64,000 nucleotides of DNA from Gemmatimonadota bacterium (GCA_034521595.1 JAXHMG010000003.1:2656001-2720000); one strand, 5' to 3'. Positions 39,401 to 52,164 are shown, counted from the first letter of the stretch. The notes: a model not told the origin generated them from the sequence alone. Numbers and translations are program-made.

Positions 39401-41200
39401 TGAGCGCGGACGTCATGCAGATCAAGATCGCGCAGGGGGCGAAGCCCGGTGAGGGGGGTCAGCTCCCGGGGTTCAAGGTCGACGGGAGCATCGCCAAGGT
39501 GCGTCACTCGACACCCGGAGTGGGGCTCATCTCCCCGCCGCCCCACCACGACATCTATTCGATCGAGGACTTGGCCCAGCTCATCTACGATCTCAAGAAC
39601 GTGAACCCCGGCGCGCTGGTGAGCGTGAAGCTCGTTTCCGAGATCGGGGTGGGTACCGTCGCGGCCGGCGTCTCCAAGGCGCACTCGGACCGGGTCACCA
39701 TCGCGGGCCACGACGGCGGAACGGGCGCGAGCCCGCGCACGTCCATTCACCACGCGGGGTCTCCCTGGGAGATCGGCCTGGCGGAGACCCAGCAGACGCT
39801 CGTGCTCAACCGGCTGCGCGGCCGGATCACGGTACAGGTCGACGGCGGGTTGCGCACGGGCCGCGATGTCGTCATCGGGGCCCTCCTGGGTGCCGACGAG
39901 TTCGGCTTCTCGACCGCGCCGCTCATCGCCTCCGGCTGCATCATGATGCGCAAGTGTCATCTCAACACCTGTCCGGTCGGCGTCGCCACGCAGGACCCCG
40001 AGCTCCGGAAGCGCTTCACCGGGCTACCGGAGCACGTCATCAACTACTTCTTCTTCCTGGCTGAAGAGGTGCGGGAGCTGATGGCGGAGCTCGGATTCCG
40101 GACCTTCGAGGAGATGATCGGCCGCTTCGACCGCCTCGATATGCGACGGGGGATCGAGCACTACAAGGCACACGGCCTCGACCTGACCCCGCTTCTCACC
40201 AAGCCCGAGGTCGGGCCGGAGATAGCGATCAGCAACACCGAACAGCAGGAGCACGATCTCGACACCGTGCTCGACCGTACGCTGATCGAGCAGGCCATGC
40301 CGGCCCTGGAGCACGGTACGCCCGTACGACTGGAGCACGCGATCCGGAATACCGATCGCACCACCGGCGCCATGCTTTCGGGCGAGGTCGCACGTCGCTA
40401 CGGACACGCCGGACTGCCCGACGAGACCATCCACGTGAAGCTCACCGGAAACGCCGGCCAGAGCTTCGGAGCGTGGCTGGCGCACGGCATCACGCTCGAG
40501 CTCTCGGGAGACGCGAACGACTACGTGGGCAAGGGCCTCTCCGGCGGGCGGATCATGGTGTACCCACAGGAGCGCGCCGCCATCACGCCGGAACGGAGCA
40601 TGATCGTGGGCAACGTGGTGCTCTATGGAGCCATCACGGGTGAAGCTTATTTCCGAGGGGTAGCCGCGGAGCGTTTCGCGGTGCGGAACTCGGGGGCGTG
40701 GGCCGTGGTCGAGGGCGTGGGAGACCACGGGTGTGAGTACATGACCGGAGGTGTCGTCGTGGTGCTCGGACCGACCGGGCGAAACTTCGCCGCCGGGATG
40801 TCCGGAGGGATCGCGTACGTCCTCGACGATGAGCGCGACTTCAGCCTGAAGGTGAACCCCGAGATGGTGGAGTTGGAGCACGTCGTGGACGAACGGACGC
40901 CGGAAGAGCGCGCGGCCGACGCCCAGCCGGACGCGAAGCTCTCCGAGGTCGCCCGGGACATGCGTGCACAGGACGCTTCACGCCTCCACCGGCTCCTCGT
41001 CCGGCACGCGCACCATACGGGGAGCGAGCGTGCGAGAGAGATCCTCGAGAAGTGGGACGAATACCTTCCCAGCTTCGTCAAGGTGATGCCCACGGACTTC
41101 CGGAGGGCCCTGACCAAGCTCGCGAAAGACGCGGGAACCCCCGGCGAGCCCCGGACACGACCCGCATACCAGCCGAAGCCCGCCGTGGGGAGCTACCAAG

Positions 41201-41208
<8 letters not shown>
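36466..41208 (+). CDS. gltB: Glutamate synthase large subunit
   Basis: EHDACGIGF (N-terminal nucleophile Cys); [48 protein letters not shown] domain. Confidence 0.98.
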
Positions 41209-42611
<1,403 letters not shown>

Positions 42612-42619
<8 letters not shown>

Positions 42620-42640
42620 GCCACTACACGATAGGCCACT
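42612..42640. repeat. 14-bp tandem direct duplication across the gltD stop codon
   Basis: CACGATAGGCCACT at 42612-42625 and 42627-42640. Confidence 0.85.
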
Positions 42641-42946
42641 GTCGGGGGCACGTCAGGGCGTTGGCCCGACGAGCCGAGCACCGGTCGACACTTCCGAGTT
42701 GCGTCGAAGGGCCCGAACCCGAACACTACTTCCCATGTGAGCGGAACGGCGAGCCCGTGAGGGTCCTGCTCCCCCGTGCACGCGGCATCACGCTGCGAGC
42801 GGGCGCGAGGGAGCGGACCCAACACGGGGCTGTTCGGTAGTTGTTGGGAGGCGCCCTGTACATGATGGAGGGGGCGCCCCGGGATGTCGTGACCCGCGGC
42901 GGTGCGCGCCGCGGGATCTTGGTCGATCAATACGAGAGGTACTCGG

Positions 42947-45313
42947 ATGAAGATGTCGAGACGTTGCCTTTTACTAGCGCTCGCCGCCGTTTGGGCGGCT
43001 CCGTTGAGCGCTCAGTCGTTCGGTAACTCGGTCACGGTAGGCGACCGCGAGGTGTTCGTCGGAGAGCCCACGCACGAGATGCGGTCGGGCGTGCTCTACG
43101 TCTTCCGCCCCGACGACTCGGGCGAATGGACTCGAGTCCAGCGCCTCGAAGCTTCCGACGGTCAACCCGGCGACCGATTCGGCATCCGGTCGACGATCCA
43201 CGAAGACGAGCTCTACGTCTCGGCCACGCGCATCGACGACGGAACCGGAGCGGTCTACGTCTTCCGCAAGGACGGGGACGAGTGGGTCGAATCCGGCCGG
43301 CTCGTGACGGATGACCGCTCCCCGGCGGACAGCCTGGGGAGCGGGCTCGACGTGCAAGACGACTGGGCCATGGTCGGAACCATCGGCCAGAACGAAGGGC
43401 GCGGAGCGGTCTACGCCTTCCGCCGTGACGGCGACGAGTGGGTGCAGCACACCAAGCTCGCTCCGGAGAACCTCCAGGCCGAGGACCGTTTCGGCAGCAC
43501 CGTATCGCTCCAGAACGGGTGGGCGCTCGTCGGAGCCCCCTCGCGCGGTGACGAACAAGGCGCGGTCTATACCTTCCGCTACAACGCTTCGTCCGACGAG
43601 TGGGAACCGCGGGGCACCCTCCAGGCACCGAACCTGCAACCGCAGTCGGGCATGGGAAGGGACATCGTGCTGCGTGACGGAACTGCGCTCGTGACGGCCC
43701 CCGGATTTCTGCAAGGCATGGGACTCGTGTTCGCTTACACGCTGGCTAACGAGTCCTGGGAGCTGACCGCCATGCTCTCGCCCTTCCAGATGGAGCCCGG
43801 AGGGCAGTTCGGCTCGTCTCTGAGCTTCGACGGACAAACCGCGCTCATCGGAACGCCCGGCGCCTCGTCCGGAGAAGGGCGCGTCTACGCATTTCGGAAA
43901 GACGAGGAGACCGGAGAGTGGGCTGACGCCCGCCGTCTCGCTCCCGAAGACCTTTCGTCCCAGGATTTCTTCGCGGCCACCGTGGACCAGGCCGGAGGCG
44001 TGGCGGTCGCCGCTTCTCTCGGTCAGGACTACGAAGCCGGCGCCGCCTACGTGCTCGAGCGTTCGGGCAACGAATGGGAGACGGTCGACCGTATCACCGG
44101 CGAAGTCATCGGAATGGAAGCCGTCACCGGGGACGAAGTTCCGTGCTCGGACGACGGTGAGGCGGTCATGTTCGACTGCTCGTCGGTGGACCTGGTCTCG
44201 TTCCTCCCCCTCGGCGACATGGGCGCGGGACGGGGCGTGCGCGCCAACGACGTGTGGGGGTGGACCGACCCGGAGACGGGACGTGAGATCGCACTCGTGG
44301 GCATGACGGACCAGACGGTGTTCGTCGACGTCAGCGACGCGGGGAACCCCTCGTATCTGGGCCGACTCCCCATGACCGAGACGGCCGACGGCTCGACCTG
44401 GCGGGACATGAAGGTCTACGACGATCACATGTACGTGGTATCCGACGGGGCGGGCGAGCATGGCATGCAGGTCTTCGACCTCACCCGGCTCCAGGGGCTC
44501 GACGGCTCGGATCCGGTGACCTTCGACGCGGACGCGCTCTACGACCGCATCAACAGCGCGCACAACATCGTCATCAACGAGGAGACCGGGTTCGCGTACG
44601 CGGTCGGAGCCAGCGCCGGTGGCGACACGTGCGGCGGCGGGCTTCACATGATCGACATCAACCAGCCGACCAACCCCACGTTCGCGGGATGTTTCCAGGA
44701 CACGTCGACCGGACGCCAGCGCACCGGCTATTCGCACGATGCCCAGTGCGTCATCTACCGCGGCCCCGACGAGGACTACCAGGGTCAGGAGATCTGCTTC
44801 GGCTCCAACGAGACGGCGCTCTCGATCGCGGACGTCACGGACAAGGACAACCCCGTCGCGGTGTCGACCGCCACCTACCCGAACGTGGCATACTCCCACC
44901 AGGGCTGGCTCTCCGAGGATCACCGGTACTTCTTCATGAACGACGAGCTCGACGAGATGGGCGGTAACGTGCCCAACACGCGCACGCTCGTCTGGGACAT
45001 CGCCGACCTCGAAGATCCCATTCTCGCCAACGAGTACTTCCACGAGACGAACGCGATCGACCACAACCTGTACGTGCTCGGAAACACGATGTACCAGTCG
45101 AACTACACGAGCGGATTGCGGGTGCTCGACGTTTCCGACCCGGTGAACCCGGCGCCGGTGGGGCACTTCGACACCGTCCCGTACGGAGGCGACGAAGCGG
45201 AGTTCAACGGGTCATGGTCGAACTATCCGTATTTCGAGAGCGGTGTGGTCATCGTCACGAGTCAGCGAGAAGGACTGTTCGTCGTGCGGTACCGCCCGCG
45301 CTCGATCTCCTGA
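42947..45313 (+). CDS. Choice-of-anchor B family protein with N-terminal FG-GAP repeats
   Basis: Signal peptide; FG repeats (GDRFG, DRFGS, GQFGS); NDVWGWTDPETGRE; WRDMKVY; AHNIVIN; YSHQGW; IDHNLY; GSWSNYPYFESG. Confidence 0.9.
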   Translation: MKMSRRCLLLALAAVWAAPLSAQSFGNSVTVGDREVFVGEPTHEMRSGVLYVFRPDDSGEWTRVQRLEASDGQPGDRFGIRSTIHEDELYVSATRIDDGTGAVYVFRKDGDEWVESGRLVTDDRSPADSLGSGLDVQDDWAMVGTIGQNEGRGAVYAFRRDGDEWVQHTKLAPENLQAEDRFGSTVSLQNGWALVGAPSRGDEQGAVYTFRYNASSDEWEPRGTLQAPNLQPQSGMGRDIVLRDGTALVTAPGFLQGMGLVFAYTLANESWELTAMLSPFQMEPGGQFGSSLSFDGQTALIGTPGASSGEGRVYAFRKDEETGEWADARRLAPEDLSSQDFFAATVDQAGGVAVAASLGQDYEAGAAYVLERSGNEWETVDRITGEVIGMEAVTGDEVPCSDDGEAVMFDCSSVDLVSFLPLGDMGAGRGVRANDVWGWTDPETGREIALVGMTDQTVFVDVSDAGNPSYLGRLPMTETADGSTWRDMKVYDDHMYVVSDGAGEHGMQVFDLTRLQGLDGSDPVTFDADALYDRINSAHNIVINEETGFAYAVGASAGGDTCGGGLHMIDINQPTNPTFAGCFQDTSTGRQRTGYSHDAQCVIYRGPDEDYQGQEICFGSNETALSIADVTDKDNPVAVSTATYPNVAYSHQGWLSEDHRYFFMNDELDEMGGNVPNTRTLVWDIADLEDPILANEYFHETNAIDHNLYVLGNTMYQSNYTSGLRVLDVSDPVNPAPVGHFDTVPYGGDEAEFNGSWSNYPYFESGVVIVTSQREGLFVVRYRPRSIS

Positions 45314-45333
45314 TCGAAGCTGGAGGACACGCG

Positions 45334-47190
45334 TTGCCAGACGCGCATGACACGGACCGGCGAGGAGTGCCGCCGCTCGCTGCGGTGCTCCTCGCCTTGC
45401 TCGCGGGGTCGGCCGGATGCGCCGGAGGTGCGAGCTCCGACCCCGATGCTCCGGCGCCGAGCGGATCGGAAGCGTTCTCGCGGGACATCACGCCGTTCGA
45501 GGTTCTCGATGCCGACGGCACCCCGTACGAGCATCCGTTCCTCGGCGGCTACAACCTTCCCCGGCCTCAACTCGTGGACATCGACGGTGACGGAGACCTG
45601 GACCTCTTCATCCAGGAAGAATCCGGTAAGATCGCCTTCTTCGAACACGTGCCGGAAGAAGAGCCCCGCTTCCAGTGGCGAAGCGATCACTTCCAGGAGC
45701 TCGACGTCGGCGAGTGGTACCGGTTCGTCGATCTCGACCGTGACGGAATTCCGGATCTCCTGGCGGAACAGCCGTACAGCTACGTCCGCTACTACAGGAA
45801 CGTGGGCACCGCGACGGAGCCCCGTTTCGAGCTCGCCGCCGACAGCCTCAAGGACACCTCCGGAGAGCCCATCTTCTCCGACCGCCAGAACATCCCCAAC
45901 GCCACCGACATCGACTGCAACGGGCGTATGGATCTCCTCGTGGGCCGCCTGACCGGAACCATCACCCGGTATCAGGAGAGCGGAACCGACGAGCGGGGGG
46001 CGCCGATGTTCGAGCACATCAACGACCGCTTCGAAGACATCGAGATCGTGGCTCAGTTCGGGAGCCTCCACGGGGCGAACACGATGGCCTTCGGGGACAT
46101 CGACGCAGATGGCGACCAGGACCTCTTCTGGGGTGACTTCTTCGAGCCGGGCATTCTCCTCATCGAGAACGGCGGCACCTGCCAGTCGCCCTCATATCGA
46201 GGCACGCCCCGCCCCTTCCCGCTCGGTGACCCGCTCCTGACGAGCGGTTACAACGCTCCGACCGTCGGGGACGTGGACGGGGACGGCCTTCCGGACATGA
46301 TCGTCGGGGTGCTCGGAGGCGCGTTCAATCCCAACACGACGAGCGTCGACAACCTCAACTACCTCCGACAGCGCCAGGACGGTGGCTTCGAGCACGTGAC
46401 GTCCCGACTGATCTCGATGATCGACGTCGGCAGCGAGAGTGCGCCCGTCCTCGTCGACCTGGACGGCGACGGCGACCTCGATCTCGTGGTCGGCAACAAG
46501 ATCGACCAGGATGACAGTCAGAACGGAAGTCTCACCATCTTCCTGAACGAAGGCACGCCCACCGCCCCTCGCTTCGAAGAAGGGGGGCGGTTGGAGCTCG
46601 GAGGTGGTTATCACCCCGTGCCGGCCTTCGGCGATCTGACTGGGGACGGAGAGGCGGACATCATGCTCGGCACCTGGTCCGACGAGGTCCGCTACCTCTC
46701 CGGCGAGAGCTCCGATCCGACCGAGTTCGAGCTGGTGGACTCGGCATTCGTCACGATCCCGAGAGGTCGCAACACGACTCCGACACTCGGTGACCTCGAC
46801 GGCGACGGAGACCTCGACCTCCTGGTCGGCGAGGCGTCCGGGACCCTCAACTACTACGAGAACGTGGGCACGCGGACGCGACCCGAGTTCGAGCTGGCCG
46901 CCGAGGACTTCGCGGATATCGATGTGGGCCGCCGCAGCGCACCGCGTTTGCACGACCTCGACGGGAACGGCCGACTCGACCTCCTCGTGGGCTCGGAGGA
47001 CGACGGCGTGCACGTCTATCGCAACGTCGGGACGGCCACCGAAGCCGAGTTCGTCCGTGACGGATCGTTGCCCATTCCCGTGCACGGGCTCGCGGTACCG
47101 GCGTTGGGCGACGTGACGGGGAACGGAATGGACGACCTCGTGCTCGGCGGCATCGGCGGAGGGCTGCTGTTCTACCACGGCGGGCGGTAG
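45334..47190 (+). CDS. FG-GAP/VCBS repeat lipoprotein
   Basis: GGAGG RBS with TTG start; lipobox SAGC; many DxDGDGDxDL repeats. Confidence 0.88.
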   Translation: MPDAHDTDRRGVPPLAAVLLALLAGSAGCAGGASSDPDAPAPSGSEAFSRDITPFEVLDADGTPYEHPFLGGYNLPRPQLVDIDGDGDLDLFIQEESGKIAFFEHVPEEEPRFQWRSDHFQELDVGEWYRFVDLDRDGIPDLLAEQPYSYVRYYRNVGTATEPRFELAADSLKDTSGEPIFSDRQNIPNATDIDCNGRMDLLVGRLTGTITRYQESGTDERGAPMFEHINDRFEDIEIVAQFGSLHGANTMAFGDIDADGDQDLFWGDFFEPGILLIENGGTCQSPSYRGTPRPFPLGDPLLTSGYNAPTVGDVDGDGLPDMIVGVLGGAFNPNTTSVDNLNYLRQRQDGGFEHVTSRLISMIDVGSESAPVLVDLDGDGDLDLVVGNKIDQDDSQNGSLTIFLNEGTPTAPRFEEGGRLELGGGYHPVPAFGDLTGDGEADIMLGTWSDEVRYLSGESSDPTEFELVDSAFVTIPRGRNTTPTLGDLDGDGDLDLLVGEASGTLNYYENVGTRTRPEFELAAEDFADIDVGRRSAPRLHDLDGNGRLDLLVGSEDDGVHVYRNVGTATEAEFVRDGSLPIPVHGLAVPALGDVTGNGMDDLVLGGIGGGLLFYHGGR

Positions 47191-47196
47191 GTCCGC

Positions 47197-48090
47197 GTGG
47201 CCACTCCTTCTTCGTCCGGGCCGGTGTTCGGCCTCGTCGACGCCGGTCGGTTGGGTGCGAGCCTCGCGGAAGCCCTGCGACGAGCCGGTCACACGGTCGT
47301 CGCCGTGAGTCGGCGTGACCCCGAACAGGCCCGAGCGCTGGCCCGGCGCCTGGGGGACGGGGTGCTCGGAACGAGTGACCCGCAGGCGGTCGTCAAGGCC
47401 GCGGACGCGGTGTTTCTCACGAGCCCGGACGACCGCATCGGGTGGCTCGCCCGGGAGCTGGCGTTCCGGTCCGACCAGATCGTTATTCATTGCTCGGGCG
47501 CCACCCCCGTGTCGGTCCTCGCACCCGCACGTGCTGCCGGAGCCGAGACGGGCGGCTTCCATCCTCTGCAAACGTTCCCCGACGAGCATGGCGCGGACCG
47601 CTTCGCAGGGGTCACGTTCGGCATCGAAGCCGAAAGGCCCTCCCTGCTCCAGCGGCTTCAACGGCTGGCCGTGGAGCTCGGAGGGACGTCGGTCACGCTC
47701 GACGAGGAATCACGGCCGCTCTATCACGCATCGGCGGTGATGGCCGGACCGCTCACGGCGGCCCTCGCCGGTCTCGCCTCCGAGCTCTGGACCCGATTCG
47801 GACACGACCGAGAGGCCGGGCTGCGGGCGTTGAGCCCCCTCCTGAAGGCAACGACCGACCACCTCGCCATGCTGGGCATCCCCGCGGCGATGACCGGTCC
47901 CTACGTGCGCGGCGACCTCGCTCCGGTCCGTGCGCATCTCGCCGCGCTGGGCGACGCCGACCCCGAGGTTCTCCGCGCGTACGCGTCGCTCGCCCTCGCA
48001 CAGCTTCCGCTCGCAGCGGAGCGTGGCAACATTCCTGAAGACCGGATGCGAGAGCTACACTCGCTCCTGGCGGACGCGGCACGGACGTAG
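47197..48090 (+). CDS. panG: Rossmann-like plus DUF2520 oxidoreductase, probable PanG-type ketopantoate reductase
   Basis: IHCSGA; FHPLQTF; LYHASAV; TGPYVRGD; lies directly upstream of panB-panC. Confidence 0.75.
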   Translation: MATPSSSGPVFGLVDAGRLGASLAEALRRAGHTVVAVSRRDPEQARALARRLGDGVLGTSDPQAVVKAADAVFLTSPDDRIGWLARELAFRSDQIVIHCSGATPVSVLAPARAAGAETGGFHPLQTFPDEHGADRFAGVTFGIEAERPSLLQRLQRLAVELGGTSVTLDEESRPLYHASAVMAGPLTAALAGLASELWTRFGHDREAGLRALSPLLKATTDHLAMLGIPAAMTGPYVRGDLAPVRAHLAALGDADPEVLRAYASLALAQLPLAAERGNIPEDRMRELHSLLADAART

Positions 48091-48132
48091 GACACCGCGT
48101 CCTCCCCCCACAGGGAGAGCAGATTGCCAGAG

Positions 48133-48981
48133 ATGAGAACGACACTCCGCGACGTGCGGCGGCTGCTGGACTCGAGCGAGCCCATTCCGATGGTCACCGC
48201 GTACGACTACACCTCGGCGCTCCTCGCCGACCGAGCAGGCATTCCGATGATCCTGGTCGGCGACAGCATGGCGCAGACGATGCTGGGCTTCGAAGACACT
48301 CTTCCGGTCACCGTGGACGACATGGTCCGGCACACGGCGGCGGTCGTCCGCGGGACGAGCCGCGCGTTCGTCGTCGCAGACATGCCGTTCATGAGCTACC
48401 AGGCGAGCTTGTCCGACGCGCTCCGAAACGCCGGGCGGCTGCTCAAGGAAGGGGGCGCGCAGGCGGTGAAGCTCGAAGGGGGCGCCTCCATGGTGGAGAC
48501 CGTACGCGCGCTCGTCGGATCCGGCGTGGCCGTGATGGCCCACCTGGGTTTGACGCCTCAATCGGTCCATCAGCTCGGAGGCTATGGGGTGCAGGCACGC
48601 ACGGCGGCCGCCGCGCGAACGTTGCTCGACGATGCACGCGCCCTGGAGGAAGCGGGCGCGTTCGCGCTCGTCCTCGAGCTCGTCCCGGCGGAGCTCGCCG
48701 CGGAAGTGACCGAAGAGCTCTCGATCCCGACGATCGGCATCGGCGCCGGCGAAGCGTGCGACGGACAGGTCCAGGTGTGGCACGACCTGCTGGGCCTGTC
48801 GGTGGACTTCACCCCGCGGCACGCCAAGCGATACGCGGAGGTCGGCACCGTCGTGCGGGAAGCGTTGGAGCGGTGGGCCGAAGACGTACGCGAACGGCGC
48901 TTCCCGACCGACCAGCAGACCTCGCATCTGACCGAAAGGATCGACCTGGGAACGAAGACCCTCGAGCCGGACCGGGAATGA
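48133..48981 (+). CDS. panB: 3-methyl-2-oxobutanoate hydroxymethyltransferase
   Basis: MVTAYDY; LVGDS; VADMPF; VKLEGG; HLGLTPQS; PTIGIGAG. Confidence 0.97.
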   Translation: MRTTLRDVRRLLDSSEPIPMVTAYDYTSALLADRAGIPMILVGDSMAQTMLGFEDTLPVTVDDMVRHTAAVVRGTSRAFVVADMPFMSYQASLSDALRNAGRLLKEGGAQAVKLEGGASMVETVRALVGSGVAVMAHLGLTPQSVHQLGGYGVQARTAAAARTLLDDARALEEAGAFALVLELVPAELAAEVTEELSIPTIGIGAGEACDGQVQVWHDLLGLSVDFTPRHAKRYAEVGTVVREALERWAEDVRERRFPTDQQTSHLTERIDLGTKTLEPDRE

Positions 48982-49021
48982 CTTCCGCCGAACGCTCCAC
49001 GCATACGAAGGAACGGACCCC

Positions 49022-49855
49022 GTGCGCGTGATCGAGACCGTGGCCGAGATGCACGAGGCGCGCCACGAGCTCGAGGAGCCGGTCGCTATGGTGGCGACGC
49101 TCGGCGGCATGCACGCGGGACACGAAGCTCTCCTCGAACGCGCACGAGACGTCGGCGCCTCGCTCGTCGCGTCCCTCTTCCTCAATCCGACGCAGTTCGA
49201 CGATCCCGAGGACCTCGAGCGTTACCCGACGGACCGCGCCCGTGACCTCGAGATCTTCGAGCGGCACGGGGTCGATATCGTGTTCGCGCCCTCGGCCGAG
49301 GAGATGTATCCCGGCGGGGCGAGCACGGAAGTCGACCCGGGCCCTGTCGGGCGCGTTCTCGAAGGTGCCCACCGTCCCGGCCACTTTCGGGGAGTGGCCA
49401 CCGTCGTGGCCAAGATCCTGACCGTGCTCCGCCCGGACATCGCCGTCTGGGGCGCGAAGGACGCACAGCAGAACGTGGTCATCCGCCGCCTTTCGACCGA
49501 CCTCCGCATGTCCGTGCGCCACCTCGTCGTCCCCACCGTGCGCGCGACGGACGGCCTCGCCATGAGCTCGCGGAATCGCCACCTCTCTGGAGCGGAACGC
49601 GCCCAGGCCACCTCCCTGTACCGAGGTCTCCGAACCGCGCTGGACCTCTGGAAGGAGGGCCTGCGCGATGCCGACAAGCTGCGCGACGCCGTGCGCTTCG
49701 AGATGTCGGTGCAACCGTCCGTGGAAGTCGAATACGTGAGCCTGGCCGACCCCGAGACGCTGGAGGAGCTCTCCCGCGCCACATCCGAGGCCCTTCTTTC
49801 GGTTGCGGCACGCGTCGGCCGAACCCGACTCATCGACAACATGACGCTGGGTTAG
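49022..49855 (+). CDS. panC: Pantoate--beta-alanine ligase
   Basis: HAGH; FLNPTQF; RPGHFRGVATVV; GAKDAQQ; DGLAMSSRN; RLIDN. Confidence 0.96.
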   Translation: MRVIETVAEMHEARHELEEPVAMVATLGGMHAGHEALLERARDVGASLVASLFLNPTQFDDPEDLERYPTDRARDLEIFERHGVDIVFAPSAEEMYPGGASTEVDPGPVGRVLEGAHRPGHFRGVATVVAKILTVLRPDIAVWGAKDAQQNVVIRRLSTDLRMSVRHLVVPTVRATDGLAMSSRNRHLSGAERAQATSLYRGLRTALDLWKEGLRDADKLRDAVRFEMSVQPSVEVEYVSLADPETLEELSRATSEALLSVAARVGRTRLIDNMTLG

Positions 49856-49981
49856 CAGCCCTCGACGCCGTCGGAGCACGGCAGGCGCTCCTTTCGGTTG
49901 CGGTGACCGTCCCCTTTCGGTAGCCTCAGTCGGCTACAGACGACACGCGAGGACACCCCCCCACTTCGACGTCCCTCCGAC

Positions 49982-51145
49982 GTGACTCCCGAATCCTTCC
50001 TTGCACTGACCGAGAGGAATGCCGACCCGGCCTTCCTCCTTTCTTCGCATGGCACCGTCGTAGCCGCGAACCCCAGTGGCTCGTCGACGCTCGGCTGCAC
50101 CGCGGTGAGCCCGGACTGCGGCATGGACCTCGGGGACTTCGTCGACGACTCGGAAGGAGCCTTCGAGGCGCATCTCCGCAGCTGGGTCGCCTCCGGCGTG
50201 CCCATCAGCCGCCCGATCCGCCTGAAAGATCCGGACGGCCGCCGACGCCGTTACCGGGGCGAAGGGCTCCGGGTCACAAGCCCCGGGCCGCAGGTCGACC
50301 CTCTGGTGCTGCTCCACTGCGTGCCCCTCGACGCACGGGCGGAGCGCCGATCCACCCTCGCACCGCAGCGATCGGCATCCGAAGGAAAGGAGCCCAGGAC
50401 CGTCGGCAAGATGGAAGCCATGGGCAACTTGGCCGCCGGCATCGCGCACGATTTCAACAATCTGCTGACGGTGATGAAGGTCGAAGTCGAACTCGCGATG
50501 GAGCACGACGAGGTCCCGGCCGAGATCGTGGACTCGCTTCTCTCGACGCACGCTGCCGTGCTCCGCGCCGAGTCCCTGGTCGACGGCCTCCTCGCGTTTT
50601 CGAGGCACCAGCTCGTTCGGACTTCTCGAACCGACCTGCGGCGACTGGTCGAGGGGACGATTCCGAGGGTCCACACCATCACCGACCCGGCCGAGCCGGT
50701 CGTGGATCAGGCAGATGCGCCCCTTCCCGTACAGATCGATCCGGAGCACATGGAGACCGTGCTCCTCGCCCTCGTCCGGAACGCTGTAGAGGCGACGACC
50801 GCCGAGCCGTTCGTGAGCATCCGGACGCGCAGGGAGGTGCTCGGCCCGGACTTCGTGCGCAGGAACGCCGGCTCCAGCGAGGGAGAGTTCGCGGTCCTCG
50901 AAGTCGCGGATCGGGGAACGGGCATCCCACCCGAAGTCGCCGCTCGCATGTTCGAGCCGTTCTTCACGACCAAAGGGAGAGGCTACGGTCGTGGCCTCGG
51001 GCTGGCGCAGGCGTTCGGCATCGTGAAGATGCTCGGCGGTTACGTGAAAGTGGACACGGACCTCGGTGTGGGATCGACGTTCACCGTATACCTGCCGCTT
51101 CAGGGAGACCTACAGGGCGACCCAGAGCGTACGGAAGACGCTTAG
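49982..51145 (+). CDS. Cytoplasmic sensor histidine kinase (PAS-like, HisKA, HATPase)
   Basis: AGIAHDFNNLL; LVRNAVEA; DRGTGI; FEPFFTTKG; GRGLGL; GSTFTVYLP. Confidence 0.9.
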   Translation: MTPESFLALTERNADPAFLLSSHGTVVAANPSGSSTLGCTAVSPDCGMDLGDFVDDSEGAFEAHLRSWVASGVPISRPIRLKDPDGRRRRYRGEGLRVTSPGPQVDPLVLLHCVPLDARAERRSTLAPQRSASEGKEPRTVGKMEAMGNLAAGIAHDFNNLLTVMKVEVELAMEHDEVPAEIVDSLLSTHAAVLRAESLVDGLLAFSRHQLVRTSRTDLRRLVEGTIPRVHTITDPAEPVVDQADAPLPVQIDPEHMETVLLALVRNAVEATTAEPFVSIRTRREVLGPDFVRRNAGSSEGEFAVLEVADRGTGIPPEVAARMFEPFFTTKGRGYGRGLGLAQAFGIVKMLGGYVKVDTDLGVGSTFTVYLPLQGDLQGDPERTEDA

Positions 51146-51192
51146 CAGCCCACGGGCGGAGGGACACGCCCCTCAGCACGCAGCCAGGCCCG

Positions 51193-52041
51193 CTACGGAA
51201 GGTGCTCGACGAGGAGTTGCTGAAGGGTCTCTGGATCGTCCGCGTTGACCCAGTGCCCTCCGTCGACCCGGTGGAGTCGCACCCGACCGTCCGTGGCCCG
51301 GCCCGCCGCCTCGACGCGGGCGCAGGCGTCCTCGTCCAGCACGGTGGAAGCGCTCGCCTTGATCATGTGCACGCGGGCTTGGGCGGGCGGCGCCTCCAGC
51401 ACCGGCCACGCATCCGTGTCGAAGAAGTCGCGAAGCAGGGCCTCCATCTCGTCGGGGTCGACCCGCCACACGAGCTCGTCTCCGACCGGGGAGCGGACGA
51501 GGTTCGTGGCCATCCACTGCGCGACCGGATTCGGGAAGCCCGACGCCTCCACGGCCGCGATCCCCTCGGCACGGTCGGCGAACGGGCCCGGATTCCGTCG
51601 GAGCACCTCGAGCATGGTCCAAGCGCTTCCCTCCGGGGTCCGCGCCGCGGGTGTCGAGTCCACGACCCAGACGCTCCGGGGCACCTCCACCGAGCCCACA
51701 TCCCCGCGGCTCGTTCCGGCGTCACGTAGGTACAGGAGGGCGACCTTCCCTCCGAACGAGTGCCCGAGCACCGCGGTGGGCGCGATCCCGAGATGCTCGG
51801 CCAGCCGCTTGAGGTCGTCCACGCACGCTTCGAGGGTATGCGGCGGCTCGAAGCCCCCCGAGTCACCATGCATCCGAAGGTCGACGGGAATCGCACCCCA
51901 CTCGGGCCGCTCGCGGACCAAGCGCCGAGCCACGGAAGACCAGTTGCGCCCCGCCCCGTAGATTCCGTGCAGGACGAACATCCATCGGTCGGGGTTCGCG
52001 TCGGGGGCTACGATGTGGTCGTGGGCGAGAATCGGTGGCAT
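51193..52041 (-). CDS. Alpha/beta fold hydrolase (YbfF/ABHD11-like esterase)
   Basis: LHGIYGAGRNW; DLRMHGDS; GHSFGGK; GGHWVNAD. Confidence 0.9.
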   Translation of the reverse strand: MPPILAHDHIVAPDANPDRWMFVLHGIYGAGRNWSSVARRLVRERPEWGAIPVDLRMHGDSGGFEPPHTLEACVDDLKRLAEHLGIAPTAVLGHSFGGKVALLYLRDAGTSRGDVGSVEVPRSVWVVDSTPAARTPEGSAWTMLEVLRRNPGPFADRAEGIAAVEASGFPNPVAQWMATNLVRSPVGDELVWRVDPDEMEALLRDFFDTDAWPVLEAPPAQARVHMIKASASTVLDEDACARVEAAGRATDGRVRLHRVDGGHWVNADDPETLQQLLVEHLP

Positions 52042-52164
52042 GTCGGACCAGGTTTCGGGAGATCGTGGCACGCGAAAGGGGAACGGGCGCCCGCAACCTG
52101 CCCGATCCCCACGGAGGAATCAATCGTGTGCCGCCAGGCCCCGCGGTGATCCGGGAGCCCAACG

